This document shows, in pieces, positions 44,884 through 55,938 of a stretch of DNA of 64,000 nucleotides; the stretch's first letter is position 1; each line of letters begins with the position of its first letter. The translations under genes were made by a program, and so were the position numbers. The notes under the pieces were generated by a model. It had not been told where the DNA came from. It did no database searches and saw only the letters and a program-made list of their open reading frames with translations. Source of the DNA: Candidatus Firestoneibacteriota bacterium (GTDB lineage Bacteria > Oederibacteriota > D2-FULL-39-29); NCBI GenBank assembly GCA_903891415.1, contig CAITEH010000033.1, positions 21,205 through 85,204 of the forward strand, in the 5' to 3' direction.

Positions 44884-45492
44884 GTGGAAGTCCTGAGATT
44901 AGGTTTACTCCCTTACAAAGAAGCCTTCGAAAGACAATTGTTGTTCGTGGAAAAGCGCCTTAAAGGAGAGATCCCTGATACGCTTCTGCTTTTGGAGCAT
45001 CCCGCGGTAATTACTCTCGGAAGATCCGGAAAAAAAGAAAATATATTAAATTCAAATAAGATAGAAGTCCTCGAAGTTAACCGCGGCGGGGATGTCACCT
45101 GCCATTTTCCCGGACAGATAGTCGGCTATCCTATTCTAGACCTGGCGGAACGCGATAAAGATATTCATAAGTACCTGCGGGATATTGAAGAAGCACTTAT
45201 TAATTTTTTAGCCGCTTATAAAATCAAAGGCACGCGTATAGAAGGAAAGACCGGGGTCTTTGCCGGTAAAGACAAGATCGCTTCCATAGGCATTGCCGTC
45301 AAACAATGGGTATCCTATCATGGTTTTGCCGTTAATATAAAAAAAGATATTTCAGTTTTTGATTCTGTTATACCCTGCGGTTTAAAGGGAATAAAAGCAA
45401 CTTCTTTGGAACTTTTGCTCAATAAAACTATAGACCTGAAAGAAGCCTGCGAAAGAGTAGCCCGGGAATTCATAAAAATTTTCGGCAATTAA
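44884..45492 (+). CDS. lipB: octanoyl/lipoyl transferase
   Basis: 202 aa, GTG start. NRGGDVTCHFPGQ, a catalytic K region, and PCGL. Confidence 0.85.
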   Translation: MEVLRLGLLPYKEAFERQLLFVEKRLKGEIPDTLLLLEHPAVITLGRSGKKENILNSNKIEVLEVNRGGDVTCHFPGQIVGYPILDLAERDKDIHKYLRDIEEALINFLAAYKIKGTRIEGKTGVFAGKDKIASIGIAVKQWVSYHGFAVNIKKDISVFDSVIPCGLKGIKATSLELLLNKTIDLKEACERVAREFIKIFGN

Positions 45493-45610
45493 CTGCCTGC
45501 CTGTTATATTCGCCGTTTATCCTAGCTTTCCGCAAAACAGGCTTTTGGATTGAATAAGGCCCAAAAAAGTAATATACTACTGTTGAAAGAAACCAGGGAG
45601 CAGCTATATC

Positions 45611-47023
45611 ATGAAAAGATTTTTTGGCGGGTTAAAAACAGTGTTAATTGACCACAAAACCGCTTCCGGGACAGAAACCGTTTTTCGGTTCTTTTTTATT
45701 GTGCTTTTGTTCGCTCTTATCTTCGGCCTCTGGGCCCGGTTTTTAGAGCCTGCAATGCTCTACAGGAACGCCGACTGGCAGAAGGAATATGATTACTACT
45801 CCGTAATTAAGCAGGCTGTTACCGAAGGCGTTACGCCTTATCATATTTCCACCGGTTACCAGACCACCAACAGGTTTCTCGCCATACCGGAAACAGATTT
45901 TTCGCCTCAGATCATCCTCTTAAAATGGCTGGACATACGCCGGTACATGCTCTTTAATATAATTTTATTATTTTCTCTGGGATTTTTCGGGCTTTTTTTG
46001 ATCGCAAAACAACTTAAACTCGGGTTCTTTTCTTTTTCATTTCTGGCATTCATTTTTTTTCTTAACGGGCATATTGTCTCGCACCTGGCCGGCGGCCATT
46101 ATATGTGGGCGGGTTATTTTCTGCTGCCTTATTTTTTCCTTTTTCTACCGGGTATTCTTAAAGATCCGGCGCCTGCCGCTTCCGCTAAGCTCGCGCTCGC
46201 AGTATTTTTCATCTTTCTGACCGGCGGTTTTCATATTGCGGTCTGGTGCATGCTGCTGCTGCTTTTAACAGGATTATTTAATAGACCGGCCTTAAAGCCG
46301 GCCTTATTCGCACTTTTGCTCGCGGCGCTGCTGCTTGCTTTCAGGCTGCTGCCGGCGGTCATTACTTATTATGAAAAAGCGGGGACGCATGTAAGAGGAT
46401 TTTATTCAGTTTATATTATGCTTGAGTCTCTTATCGTTATGCACGGCCCGGATTTTGTTCCTGCTTTCCCTGCCTGGCAGAAGAACTGGACGGAATACAA
46501 TACCTATATAGATATTATCGGCCTGGGAGTAATTTTATTCTTCGGTGTCTATTACGGAATTAAGAACAGGAAAAGGCAGGATAGTTTCAGGCCTTTTTAC
46601 TGGCCTATTGCCCTGATGGCGATAATTAGCCTTAGCAAGCTGGGCTGGATGCCCATTCCGCCTTTTAACTCGGAAAAAGTATCCACCAGAATGCTGATCA
46701 TTCCGGTACTTTTTTTGGCAATATTTGCCGCTTCAAGAGTTCAGGATTATTTAACTAAAAAACGCGATAACTCTGCGGTCCTTGTCCTGGCCGCGGTTCT
46801 TCTGGTAATGCTTTTTACCTCTCTTTATATAAATATGGAACTCTGGAAACCTGCGGGAGCAATAATAGAAGGCTCGCTCTATTATATCGGTCCCGGTATT
46901 ATTTCCGTTAATGAACCGCGCTACAAGAAAGTTTTCGATATTTCTCTTATAGTTTCCGCCGTTTCTTTTCTCGCAACCCTGTCAATAATTTTCTTTGGCA
47001 GGGCAAAAAGTAAATTGAAGTAA
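45611..47023 (+). CDS. polytopic membrane protein of unknown function
   Basis: 470 aa with more than 10 hydrophobic segments. The architecture resembles membrane glycosyl/polymer-handling proteins, but I recognise no motif. Confidence 0.6.
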   Translation: MKRFFGGLKTVLIDHKTASGTETVFRFFFIVLLFALIFGLWARFLEPAMLYRNADWQKEYDYYSVIKQAVTEGVTPYHISTGYQTTNRFLAIPETDFSPQIILLKWLDIRRYMLFNIILLFSLGFFGLFLIAKQLKLGFFSFSFLAFIFFLNGHIVSHLAGGHYMWAGYFLLPYFFLFLPGILKDPAPAASAKLALAVFFIFLTGGFHIAVWCMLLLLLTGLFNRPALKPALFALLLAALLLAFRLLPAVITYYEKAGTHVRGFYSVYIMLESLIVMHGPDFVPAFPAWQKNWTEYNTYIDIIGLGVILFFGVYYGIKNRKRQDSFRPFYWPIALMAIISLSKLGWMPIPPFNSEKVSTRMLIIPVLFLAIFAASRVQDYLTKKRDNSAVLVLAAVLLVMLFTSLYINMELWKPAGAIIEGSLYYIGPGIISVNEPRYKKVFDISLIVSAVSFLATLSIIFFGRAKSKLK

Positions 47024-47038
47024 TTTAGCAACTATTTT

Positions 47039-48292
47039 TCAATAAATATACACCGGGCTTTGGGTAAGGGCTACTTTTACCTTTCCACCTGAGGCCTTTA
47101 ACGCTTTCTTTTCGCCGTCCCTGCTTACCAGGGTTAACTCCGAGCCTTTCATCTCAAATTCATGCTCCACTGCTTCTTTACCTGTATTCCAGGCCATGAT
47201 CGTTTCTTTGTCTCCGGTACCCTTAAAAACATAGGCAAAAATGCCGTCGGCCCCTTCGGCGAGCTTTTTGACAAGCACCGGCTCAGGAAGGACTTTCATC
47301 ATATTCTTTACCGCGTAGGCCTGCTTTCTCCAGGTTTTTTTTCTGTCAAAAAGCCCGGCTTTGAAGTCTCCTATATCGGAAATATACATTATCTGGAATT
47401 GCCCGATACCGTTAGCGGCAGCAAGGCCCATATATCTTATCAGAAAATTCGCCTGGTCATCTTCCGTTTTGACCATTGCCTCACTGGCTTGTTTTACAGG
47501 CAGGGAAAAGCCGACTTCCGTGATCCATATCGGTTTTTCTTCCCCCGCGTTTGTTTTACATTCCTCTCTTATTGCCTCCAGCGTCTTAACCAGATCTACT
47601 TTCTCCGGAGCCTTCTTTCCCGTATACGGATGAATACCCAGTATGTCATAATATTTCCCGCCGCCGTAGCTATGTACTCCCTTGATAAATCTAAAGAAGC
47701 CCATAATGCCTTTCTGGTTTTCTCCGTTGGGCATAATAAAGGTTGCAGCATTCCACGCTCCGCCGGAGGTATTCAGGCCGACAACTTTTATCTTAGGATC
47801 GAACTTTTTTATCTCTTCGTAGGCGATCTTCAGGAACTCCGCGTAGCATTCATCCTTTTTCTTGCCGCCGGTTTGAGTAAGATATTCAAGGTTCGGCTCA
47901 TTCCAGATCTCTATATATTCAAAAGGTATCTGTTTAACGGAGGGATTTTCCTTCCAGAGGGTTCCATTCTCGCCGTAACGGGCCAGATACTTTTTCATAT
48001 ATTCCCTGAAAGCCGGCAGTTTGGTTACATCCGCATTTTTATCGCCGAGGACAGGAATAACTTTTATGCCTTTTTTTACGGCTTCAACCAGCCCCTTATC
48101 TTCTTTTTCTTCAAAAACCGGCCCTCCCAAACGCATCCACTTAAAGCCCGCCTTTTCCACTTCATTCGCAAAAGCCGGGAATTCGCTGTTCCAGGCGTAA
48201 AGGGAATAGAAACTTGGTTTTTCCGTCTTACTTTCGGCACCAATAGCATTTAGGCCAAAAAACAGAACAATAAACAGCACTGCTTTTTTCAT
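47039..48292 (-). CDS. secreted clan GH-A glycoside hydrolase (paralogue B1)
   Basis: 417 aa. Signal peptide, IEIWNEPN (acid/base) and PIWITEVGF (nucleophile) motifs. Confidence 0.7.
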   Translation of the reverse strand: MKKAVLFIVLFFGLNAIGAESKTEKPSFYSLYAWNSEFPAFANEVEKAGFKWMRLGGPVFEEKEDKGLVEAVKKGIKVIPVLGDKNADVTKLPAFREYMKKYLARYGENGTLWKENPSVKQIPFEYIEIWNEPNLEYLTQTGGKKKDECYAEFLKIAYEEIKKFDPKIKVVGLNTSGGAWNAATFIMPNGENQKGIMGFFRFIKGVHSYGGGKYYDILGIHPYTGKKAPEKVDLVKTLEAIREECKTNAGEEKPIWITEVGFSLPVKQASEAMVKTEDDQANFLIRYMGLAAANGIGQFQIMYISDIGDFKAGLFDRKKTWRKQAYAVKNMMKVLPEPVLVKKLAEGADGIFAYVFKGTGDKETIMAWNTGKEAVEHEFEMKGSELTLVSRDGEKKALKASGGKVKVALTQSPVYIY

Positions 48293-48336
48293 ATGTCCCT
48301 CCGCCTGTAATAATTGTTCAAAGCTGCTTCAGGCCT

Positions 48337-49608
48337 TTAATAGATATATACCGGACTTTGAGTGAGAGTTATCTTTACCTTGCCTCCGGCAGCTTTTAGA
48401 GCTTTCTTTTCCCCATCTCTCGTTGAAAGGGTCAGCTCCGATCCCTTGACCTCAAATTCTTTTTCAACATCTTCTTTGCCCGTATTCCAGGCCATGATAG
48501 TTTCTTTGTCGCCGGCGCCTTTAAAAACATAGGCGTAAATGCCGTCGGTACCCTCGCTCAATTTCTTCAGGAGAAGAGGTTCAGGAAGGAGCTCCATCAT
48601 GTTCTTCAGAGCATAGGTCTGCTTTCTCCATTTTTTGCCGTCCCTTGTAAACAGGCCGGCATAAAAGTCGCTGATGTCAGAGATATACATTATCTGGAAT
48701 TGCTCAACACCGCATGCCGCCGATATGGCCATCTCCCTTATCAGGTAATTTGCCTGCGTCTCTTCATCTTTGATAATTCCTTCGGCAGGGGCTTCCTTGG
48801 AACCTTTCTTGGTTATCGGGAGCGAGAAGCCGCATTCTGTGACCCAGATGGGCTTGTCCCCGCCTCCGTTGGCAATGCAATCCGCGTGAATGTTCTCTAT
48901 CGCCTTTATATACCCGGCTTTTTCCGGAGCTTTGCCGCCCGTGTAAGGGTGTATACCCAGGATATCATAGTACTTGCCGCCGCCGGCTTTATGCACGCCT
49001 TTAATGAATTTATACCAGCCGATCAAACCGTTAAAGTTCAATTCGGCTGTAAGAGCGCCATCGGGCTTCATGGTCCCGCCGGCAGTATTCATACCGACAA
49101 CTTTTATCTTGGGGTCAAATTTCTTAATCTCTTCGTAAGCAGCCTTCAAAAATTCCGCGTAACATTCATCCCTTTTCTTTCCGCCGGTCGGGGTCAGGTA
49201 TTCGATATTCGGCTCATTCCATATCTCAAAATATTGCAAGGGGATCTGTTTGACCGTAGGATTTTCCTTCCAGAGCGTGCCATTCTCGCCGTACCGGGCC
49301 AGATATTTTTTTATATCTTCCCTGAACTCCTGCATTTTGGTTATGTCCGCATTTTTATCTCCTATTACCGTAGCAACATTTATTCCGTGCTTTACCGCGT
49401 CTACAAAACCTTTATCCTCCCCGGGATCAAATACCGGGCCGCCCAAACGCATCCATTTGAACCCCACCTTTGCTACTTCGTCGGCAAATTGCGGGTATTC
49501 ACTGTGCCAGGCGTAGAGCGAGTAAAAACTCGGCTTCTCCGGCGCCTTATCCGCACCAAAAATACAGGTACTTAACAACAAAACCAGGATCAGCATTGCT
49601 TTATTCAT
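48337..49608 (-). CDS. secreted clan GH-A glycoside hydrolase (paralogue B2)
   Basis: 423 aa. FEIWNEPN and PIWVTECGF. Collinear with B1. Confidence 0.7.
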   Translation of the reverse strand: MNKAMLILVLLLSTCIFGADKAPEKPSFYSLYAWHSEYPQFADEVAKVGFKWMRLGGPVFDPGEDKGFVDAVKHGINVATVIGDKNADITKMQEFREDIKKYLARYGENGTLWKENPTVKQIPLQYFEIWNEPNIEYLTPTGGKKRDECYAEFLKAAYEEIKKFDPKIKVVGMNTAGGTMKPDGALTAELNFNGLIGWYKFIKGVHKAGGGKYYDILGIHPYTGGKAPEKAGYIKAIENIHADCIANGGGDKPIWVTECGFSLPITKKGSKEAPAEGIIKDEETQANYLIREMAISAACGVEQFQIMYISDISDFYAGLFTRDGKKWRKQTYALKNMMELLPEPLLLKKLSEGTDGIYAYVFKGAGDKETIMAWNTGKEDVEKEFEVKGSELTLSTRDGEKKALKAAGGKVKITLTQSPVYIY

Positions 49609-49671
49609 TTTTCTTCTCCTCTAATAATTTTACTTCTGCCGAAAACTCCATACACTCAAAACATTATACTT

Positions 49672-51048
49672 TTACTTGTTTATATCTTCAAGTGTCTTTC
49701 CTTTGGTCTCAGGGCCAAGGAGCAGTGTTACAAGCGCCGCGAAACCAAAGAGCGATCCGGCCAAAGTAAATACGCTCCCCGAACCGTAGGCCCCCATCAT
49801 AGCACCCATCGCATAGGGCCCCAGTATAGCCCCGATCCTTCCCACAGAAGAGGCCATACCCGCACCTGTTGCACGGATATGGGTTGGATACAATTCCGGG
49901 GTATAGGCGTATATTGCAGACCACATGGCATACTGAAAAAAATTCAGCATACAGCCGCAGAAGAATAATACATTATAAGATACCGCCTGGCCGTAAAAAT
50001 AAGCCGAAACCGCTGTCATAATGAGGCCGAAAATAACTACCAGCTTACGTCCTATCTTGTCTATCAAATATGTGGCCAGGATGAAGCCCGGAATACCTCC
50101 CGAAGTTATCATGATTATGAAGCCGATGGATTTGGTCATGCTAAAACCCTTGGCCATTAAAAGCGAGCCGAACCAGGTAGTCAGCCCGTAAAAACCAAAG
50201 AGGCCGGCCGGCCAAAGGATCCAGAGCATAATAGTTCTTTTATAGTATCCCCCGGACCAAAGCTGGGCAAAGCCGGATATCTTGGCCTTCCCTTTTTCAA
50301 CTGACCCGGTTCCCGTTATGGGCGGCAAAGGTTTGCCCGAACGTTTCTCCACTTCTTTTTCCATTGCAGTCATGACCTTATCAGCTTCATCCGTCAGGCC
50401 GACGGCTTCCAGCCAGCGCGGGGATTCCGGGATCTTCCTGCGGATCACAAGCAGCCAGAGCGCGGGCAGGGCTTCGGCGACGAACACAAAGCGCCAGCCA
50501 ACACTCGGGACAATAAAATAAGCGAGTACACCGGCAGTTATGATACCCACAGGGAGTAAACCTTCCATTACCGCCACATAGCGGCCCCTTGAACCTTTGG
50601 GCAAAAATTCAGGCAGCATCGAAGTACCCACCGGCAATTCCGCGCCCAGGCCCAGCCCGAGAATAAAGCGAAAAACAAATAGAGACGTAATATTCCATGA
50701 ACAGGCGGTCAATAAACCGGCGATACCCCAGACGATCATGGACCACTGTAAAATAGTCTTGCGCCCGAGTTTGTCGGAAAGAAAACCCGCCGACATCGTA
50801 CCAAAAAACATCCCTACAAAACTCATCGAACCAAGTAAGCCGGCACGTACATTATCGAGCCCGAACTCTTTCATTATAGAGGGCAGTAAAAAGGTCATAG
50901 TACCCAGGTCAACGGCATCAAAAAACCAGGCAACAACAATTATGATGCCGATGATCCTCTGATAGGAGGTCATAGGCAGGCGTTCAATTCGTTGCGAGAT
51001 CCCCGGTCTTTCTGCCGCGGCTCCGGCAGCTGTTCCAGTACTTTCCAT
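49672..51048 (-). CDS. MFS transporter
   Basis: 458 aa, 12 TM. GFLSDKLGRK loop motif between TM2 and TM3. Confidence 0.85.
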   Translation of the reverse strand: MESTGTAAGAAAERPGISQRIERLPMTSYQRIIGIIIVVAWFFDAVDLGTMTFLLPSIMKEFGLDNVRAGLLGSMSFVGMFFGTMSAGFLSDKLGRKTILQWSMIVWGIAGLLTACSWNITSLFVFRFILGLGLGAELPVGTSMLPEFLPKGSRGRYVAVMEGLLPVGIITAGVLAYFIVPSVGWRFVFVAEALPALWLLVIRRKIPESPRWLEAVGLTDEADKVMTAMEKEVEKRSGKPLPPITGTGSVEKGKAKISGFAQLWSGGYYKRTIMLWILWPAGLFGFYGLTTWFGSLLMAKGFSMTKSIGFIIMITSGGIPGFILATYLIDKIGRKLVVIFGLIMTAVSAYFYGQAVSYNVLFFCGCMLNFFQYAMWSAIYAYTPELYPTHIRATGAGMASSVGRIGAILGPYAMGAMMGAYGSGSVFTLAGSLFGFAALVTLLLGPETKGKTLEDINK

Positions 51049-51080
51049 GGTTTTCCCCTTTATTTTTTATTATCCATCTG

Positions 51081-51929
51081 TTACTTTTTTAAATATTTAT
51101 CTAAAAACTCACCGACTGTTTTTTCCTCGTTGTAATCATCTCCAAAATCTCCGTGTACTCCGTTTTTTACCGGGACATAAACTACTTCCACCCCCGCGGA
51201 ACTAAGCGCTCCGGCAAATGCCTGGCTCTGTTTTATGGTAACTACGGGATCTTTTTCTCCGTGAACTATAAGGAACGGCGGAGCGTCTTTACTGACATGC
51301 TTGACCGGACTGGCATTATCCATGGCATCTTTGTATTTTGGCGAACTTCCGCCAAACAGGTTATTAAGCATATTTCCCACATTATTTTGATTTTTTAGTT
51401 TGTAAATATCTGCCGGGCCGCAGTAATCAATAACCGCCTGCACTTTACTGGAATATTCCCCCCAGCCGCCCGTTCCCTCGAATTCTTTTACTTCACCGGC
51501 GGTACCCAGAAGTGCGGCCAGATGGCCTCCCGCGGAACCTCCCCAGGAAGCGATATGCTCCGGGTCAATATTATATTCTTTTGCTTTTGCTCTTAAAAAT
51601 CTCACGGCACATTTACAATCTTCTATCTGCGCCGGAAATCTTGCTCCCGGAGCCAGCCTGTAATATATGGTAACGCCAAAATAACCCTTTTTTGCCATTC
51701 TTGTAAGGTAAGGAATACCGTTCTTTTTATCCCCGCCTTCCCAGCCGCCACCGTGCATGAACACTATGGCCGGCGCAGGTTTGCCCGTCCGGTCTTTCGG
51801 CCTTACTATATCAAGTTTCAAGTCCTCATTACTGCCTTTCCCATAAACAACATCTTTGATAACCTCAACCTCTCCGGCGAAACAGGAAATTATAAAAACA
51901 ACATTCATCAAAATTATTTTAATGTTCAT
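51081..51929 (-). CDS. secreted alpha/beta-hydrolase esterase
   Basis: 282 aa. Oxyanion HGGGW and nucleophile elbow GGSAGG. Confidence 0.8.
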   Translation of the reverse strand: MNIKIILMNVVFIISCFAGEVEVIKDVVYGKGSNEDLKLDIVRPKDRTGKPAPAIVFMHGGGWEGGDKKNGIPYLTRMAKKGYFGVTIYYRLAPGARFPAQIEDCKCAVRFLRAKAKEYNIDPEHIASWGGSAGGHLAALLGTAGEVKEFEGTGGWGEYSSKVQAVIDYCGPADIYKLKNQNNVGNMLNNLFGGSSPKYKDAMDNASPVKHVSKDAPPFLIVHGEKDPVVTIKQSQAFAGALSSAGVEVVYVPVKNGVHGDFGDDYNEEKTVGEFLDKYLKK

Positions 51930-51938
51930 GAAGCCTCC

Positions 51939-53060
51939 TTATTTTAGGTTTTCAACCCTGGAATACTCTTTAACAACTTTCCATACAAGTTCCTGGGTCG
52001 CCGCTATCAGTTTTGCGTCCAGCTTATCGTCCAGCTCGTAGACCGCCCCTGAAAGGCCGACCGGACTGGTACCGCTGACCGCAGAGAACATGGTCATGGA
52101 TACGGCAAAAGCCCCGAAAGCAGGAAAAGTATGAGGCAGTGGATTAAGATGGATACCGTCGGCATACAGAAGATCAACTCCTTCTGATGCTTTAAAGGCG
52201 CCTTTCGCACCGGGTAGGTGCTTGGGTGAACGCGTATAAAGAGCTTCCAGCCCGGGCAAAGTTCCTGCTTTTATCGCCCTGTCAAGCTCAAAAAGGACCT
52301 CGCCCCCCGGTATCATAAGGATGGGTTGGTGGATGCGTTCTTTTAATTTATCATTCAAAGAGTTGCAGAGTTTTTGATAGTATTCGCGGTTGGTATAGGC
52401 CGACGACCAGTACTTGGTTTCCGGAGACATACCATAAGGTTTTAGTCCCAGCCATTGCTTTTCAAAATCGACTGTTTCCACACCGGGAGTTTTTCTTGGC
52501 CAGGTGGCATTGATATAGAACTTCGCCTTAGGGCTTTTCTTCAGGGCCAGTTCTATAAAATTTATCGAAGCCTTGAGATTATCTTGCAGCGGGCTCATGT
52601 ACGGCTGAAGTACCAGGACATCCCAGGTATGTTCAGTAAGCGCCTTATCGTATAAGCCAAACCTCTTGGGGTTCGGGTCTTTGAAAGGTTCAACACAGGG
52701 TTTCCATCCGCCTTTACCATCCGGGCAATTCGCTTCATAGGCAACCCAATTTGATTTCTTATCATTCTTATAATTCCAGTGATTCAAAAGAGTTTTGGCG
52801 GCCGAACCCTGGCTGCCAAATTCATAGGGGATCCCTTTCTGCGCATAGAAATTGAAAAGCCGTTCAAGGCGGGGACAGGCCGTCAAACTATTGCCGATAT
52901 AATAGACCCGCAGGGGTTCGGAAGTGTTTGGAAAAACCGCCGCTGAAAGCGGCAGGCAGCAGAGAAGTAAGGCCATTAAAAACAGCTTTATGGAACCCGG
53001 CCCTCTCTGTTCCATTTTATTTTTCTTTTTAAGATTCCTTAATGCTCCTGTCCGTATCAT
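51939..53060 (-). CDS. secreted SGNH/GDSL-like hydrolase-fold protein
   Basis: 373 aa. YYIGNSLT block-I-like motif after a signal peptide. ATGA overlap with the upstream gene; an internal start at 53015 is also possible. Confidence 0.45.
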   Translation of the reverse strand: MIRTGALRNLKKKNKMEQRGPGSIKLFLMALLLCCLPLSAAVFPNTSEPLRVYYIGNSLTACPRLERLFNFYAQKGIPYEFGSQGSAAKTLLNHWNYKNDKKSNWVAYEANCPDGKGGWKPCVEPFKDPNPKRFGLYDKALTEHTWDVLVLQPYMSPLQDNLKASINFIELALKKSPKAKFYINATWPRKTPGVETVDFEKQWLGLKPYGMSPETKYWSSAYTNREYYQKLCNSLNDKLKERIHQPILMIPGGEVLFELDRAIKAGTLPGLEALYTRSPKHLPGAKGAFKASEGVDLLYADGIHLNPLPHTFPAFGAFAVSMTMFSAVSGTSPVGLSGAVYELDDKLDAKLIAATQELVWKVVKEYSRVENLK

Positions 53061-54493
53061 TCCAGCACCAGATAGGAAGGGAACGGGCCGCCTGCAAATT
53101 GTACCTTGTTACCGTTGACGGAAAACTTTTCTTCTCCGCCCAGCATGTTTAGAAGTTTCAGAACTTTACGGCCGGCAGGAACGGCAATGCTAAGTTCCCC
53201 GCTTTTTTGTTCCTGCCATGCAACTATAACCTCTTTTGAATACTTCCCGGTCCAGTCACTCTTAAACAAATACGCATACAAGCCGCCGGTCTCTTCAGCT
53301 ACTGCCTGTTGAATACGGGGTTTCGGCAGAAGGCCGATCAATTGTTGGGCCGCATACGCGGACGGCCTCCATTCACCGTCCTTCCGGTTGAAGAAGCCGG
53401 AGTTGTAATTATCCGCGTCGGTGATAGACATAATATGCACCCTCTTGACCCCCAACCGGACAGCCAATATATACATCTTGGTAACGCAGGCCGCGGCTGA
53501 CATAGCTGAAAATGAATCCGGTCTATCTTTAAAATTTCCTCCGTCTTTTGTCGTAATAGGCCAGCCTACCTCGGTGTACCATATCGGTTTATTTGAATAT
53601 CCGTATTTTGCCAATATATCCTGTATGGCCTTCCAGCCTACAGTCACGGAATAAGTCCCCCAGCTGTTTATCTTGTCCGCCATCGGAGGCGTCCTGGTAT
53701 ACGGGTGCGTTGAAAGAATGTCATAGTAGTTTCCGATGGAAGGATCAATAGCGTGGACATTTCCAATAAACCGCCTGTCATCAAAGGCGGCCCCGCCGGC
53801 GCCAAAACCTACGACCATTATCTTTGGATATTTCTTTTTCACAAAAGCACCGGCCGCTTTTAGCAGTTTGGCATACAGCGTATCTCTTTCCTTTTGCACT
53901 TTTTTTCTGTCCGGCTCCTCTGCGATCATATACTGGAAATTCGGTTCGTTCCAGATCTCAATATACCTTACCGGATTTTTTGCCAGGTCCGGCCGTTTAT
54001 TGAATATAGTTCCCCCGGGGCCGTATTTCATGCAGAACTCATCTATCCCCTGCAGATACTTTTGAATAAATTCTTCATCACTTTTATAAGCATTTCTCTT
54101 ACCGGAAGCTCTTAACTCATTAAACGATTTTCCTATCTGTAAAACCATCATAATTTCAATGCCGTCTTCCATAGCCATAAGGAGAGCCTTTTCATCCTCA
54201 AAGCCGCCCATACGGTAGGCCTTCCAGCCGACCGCTTTGATATCCTTTCTAAATTGGATATATTCTCCGGCCCAGTGATAAACCCCGTATAAAGGGACCT
54301 CATCCGGGGTTTGCGCCGCGATACTTTCTATGGAGGGAAACGGCTGCGGGGTGAACTTCCATTCACCGGAATCACTTGCCGGTTGAATAACTTTTTTTTC
54401 TTTTACCAGCTCGCGCCAGTTCCCGGTGTCGTCCCCGATTAAAAGTGCTGTTATTACAAAGCTAAAAAGCAGGACAAGAACAGCTTTTCTCAT
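53057..54493 (-). CDS. secreted clan GH-A glycoside hydrolase (paralogue B3, divergent)
   Basis: 478 aa. IEIWNEPN and PIWYTEVGW. Confidence 0.7.
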   Translation of the reverse strand: MRKAVLVLLFSFVITALLIGDDTGNWRELVKEKKVIQPASDSGEWKFTPQPFPSIESIAAQTPDEVPLYGVYHWAGEYIQFRKDIKAVGWKAYRMGGFEDEKALLMAMEDGIEIMMVLQIGKSFNELRASGKRNAYKSDEEFIQKYLQGIDEFCMKYGPGGTIFNKRPDLAKNPVRYIEIWNEPNFQYMIAEEPDRKKVQKERDTLYAKLLKAAGAFVKKKYPKIMVVGFGAGGAAFDDRRFIGNVHAIDPSIGNYYDILSTHPYTRTPPMADKINSWGTYSVTVGWKAIQDILAKYGYSNKPIWYTEVGWPITTKDGGNFKDRPDSFSAMSAAACVTKMYILAVRLGVKRVHIMSITDADNYNSGFFNRKDGEWRPSAYAAQQLIGLLPKPRIQQAVAEETGGLYAYLFKSDWTGKYSKEVIVAWQEQKSGELSIAVPAGRKVLKLLNMLGGEEKFSVNGNKVQFAGGPFPSYLVLE

Positions 54494-54506
54494 GTAATCC
54501 CCCTTT

Positions 54507-55864
54507 TTATTCGAAGAACCTTAATACCACATCGGCATAAAGCGCGTGCCCAAAAACTCCCGGATGATTCATCCAGTTATGCAGCTGGCTGTAAGGCGGG
54601 ATGCCTTTATTCGCAAGGTCAAGCCATTCCGCATTGATGTCGGCAAGACCCGCGTTTTCTTCCTTTACAACTTCATTAAGTTTTTCAATATATTTCGGCA
54701 GGGTCTTATCGAATTTAATCTTCATGAACGGCGTAGCCTGCAGGGGGGAGATCAGAATAACATCCATTCCTGCTTCTTTCGCTTTTTTTACCATAGTTAA
54801 TATATTTTTTTTATACTGGCCGGGTGTAACTCTCGGGTTGTTGCTGACTCCGCCGCTTGCATCATTTAAACCGTAGGCAATGAATACCAGGTCGGGCTTT
54901 TTGGGTAGAATATCTTTATTAAAATTTTTATTCCGCCGGCGGTATCGCCGCCGCCCGCATAACCCGGCACTTCTGATATCTTCACGCCAAATTTCTTTTT
55001 AATTCCGGAAACTATCAAACCCGTATAGGTCTTGCTCCTGTCATTCCACCACTCGCCTGCTTCAGCACCCAGCGTGACACTGTCTCCTACAAAAGCTATT
55101 GAAATATCTTTTTTGGCTTTCAACTTTTCCAGGGTATTTTTAATACCGTCTTTATTTACCGGCAGGACCGGCTTCACCTGCTTTATCTCGAATATATCCT
55201 CTTCGGTCACGATAAACTTCATGGGGTGATTGACCGTGTAGATATAGACCCCCGCGACCTTCGCACAACCCGCATCCGGCTCGGGGAGCAGAGGGCAAAT
55301 AACAGCCGAAGTCCCTTTCTTAACCAGGAGTTTTCCGTCTTTCCCCGCCTGGATAAGGTCAATTCTCTGGGGCACATATTTATAATCTACTTTTATTTCT
55401 CCCTCGCCTTTTTTTCCGAGTTTTTCGCCTAAATTAGCCACCGAACCAAATTCTTCGCTTAATTTATAATCTACGTCCTTTATAAATGTTTTGCCTCCGC
55501 CGGAGACAATAACCGAGTCCGGCAAAACCCCGTTTTGGAGCGCCCCGAGCATCAGAGTGTCAACTTTTGGTTTTAAGATAATTGCATTTTTTTTATCCCA
55601 CGGCCCCCATTCGTCCCAGCCTTTATCATAATTCGCCGGAGTTTTTTCGGTTACGGTTTCCTGCCTTACTTCCGGCTCGGTAAAGCTCAGTTCCGCGCCG
55701 CTAAATTTTATTTTTGTGCCATCCGGCAGCACCGCTTCCCCGGCTTCCACCTTAACTGCCAGCTTCGCGGGATTCAGAGCGTGGACTTTTCCGGTCACCG
55801 CTTCCCCCGCAAGCAACGCGTTCAAGAACATAAACACGATCAAGATAGCCGCCATTCTCCTCAT
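54507..55864 (-). pseudogene. SGNH/GDSL hydrolase with N-terminal beta-rich domain, split by a single frameshift near 54930-54940
   Basis: ORF 54866..55864 carries block I (FVGDSVT) and block II (GGGDTAGG). Shifting the frame by one base after GGCGG at ~54937 gives NKNFNKDILPKKPDLVFIAYGLNDASGG...TMVKKAKEAG, which runs straight into ORF 54507..54794 (block V NHPGVFGH). Confidence 0.75.
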
Positions 55865-55938
55865 TTTTCCTCCCGGGACCTTTTTATAAATTCTTAATAC
55901 CGCTGCCTTCGAACAAACATTTGATTATTATAACTTGT

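Noticed and set aside
47162-49575. Long + strand ORFs 47162..48253 (363 aa) and 48700..49575 (291 aa)
   Set aside because: They are antisense shadows of the two GH-A paralogues, which carry signal peptides and catalytic motifs on the minus strand. Both are F/R/L-rich and lack an RBS.
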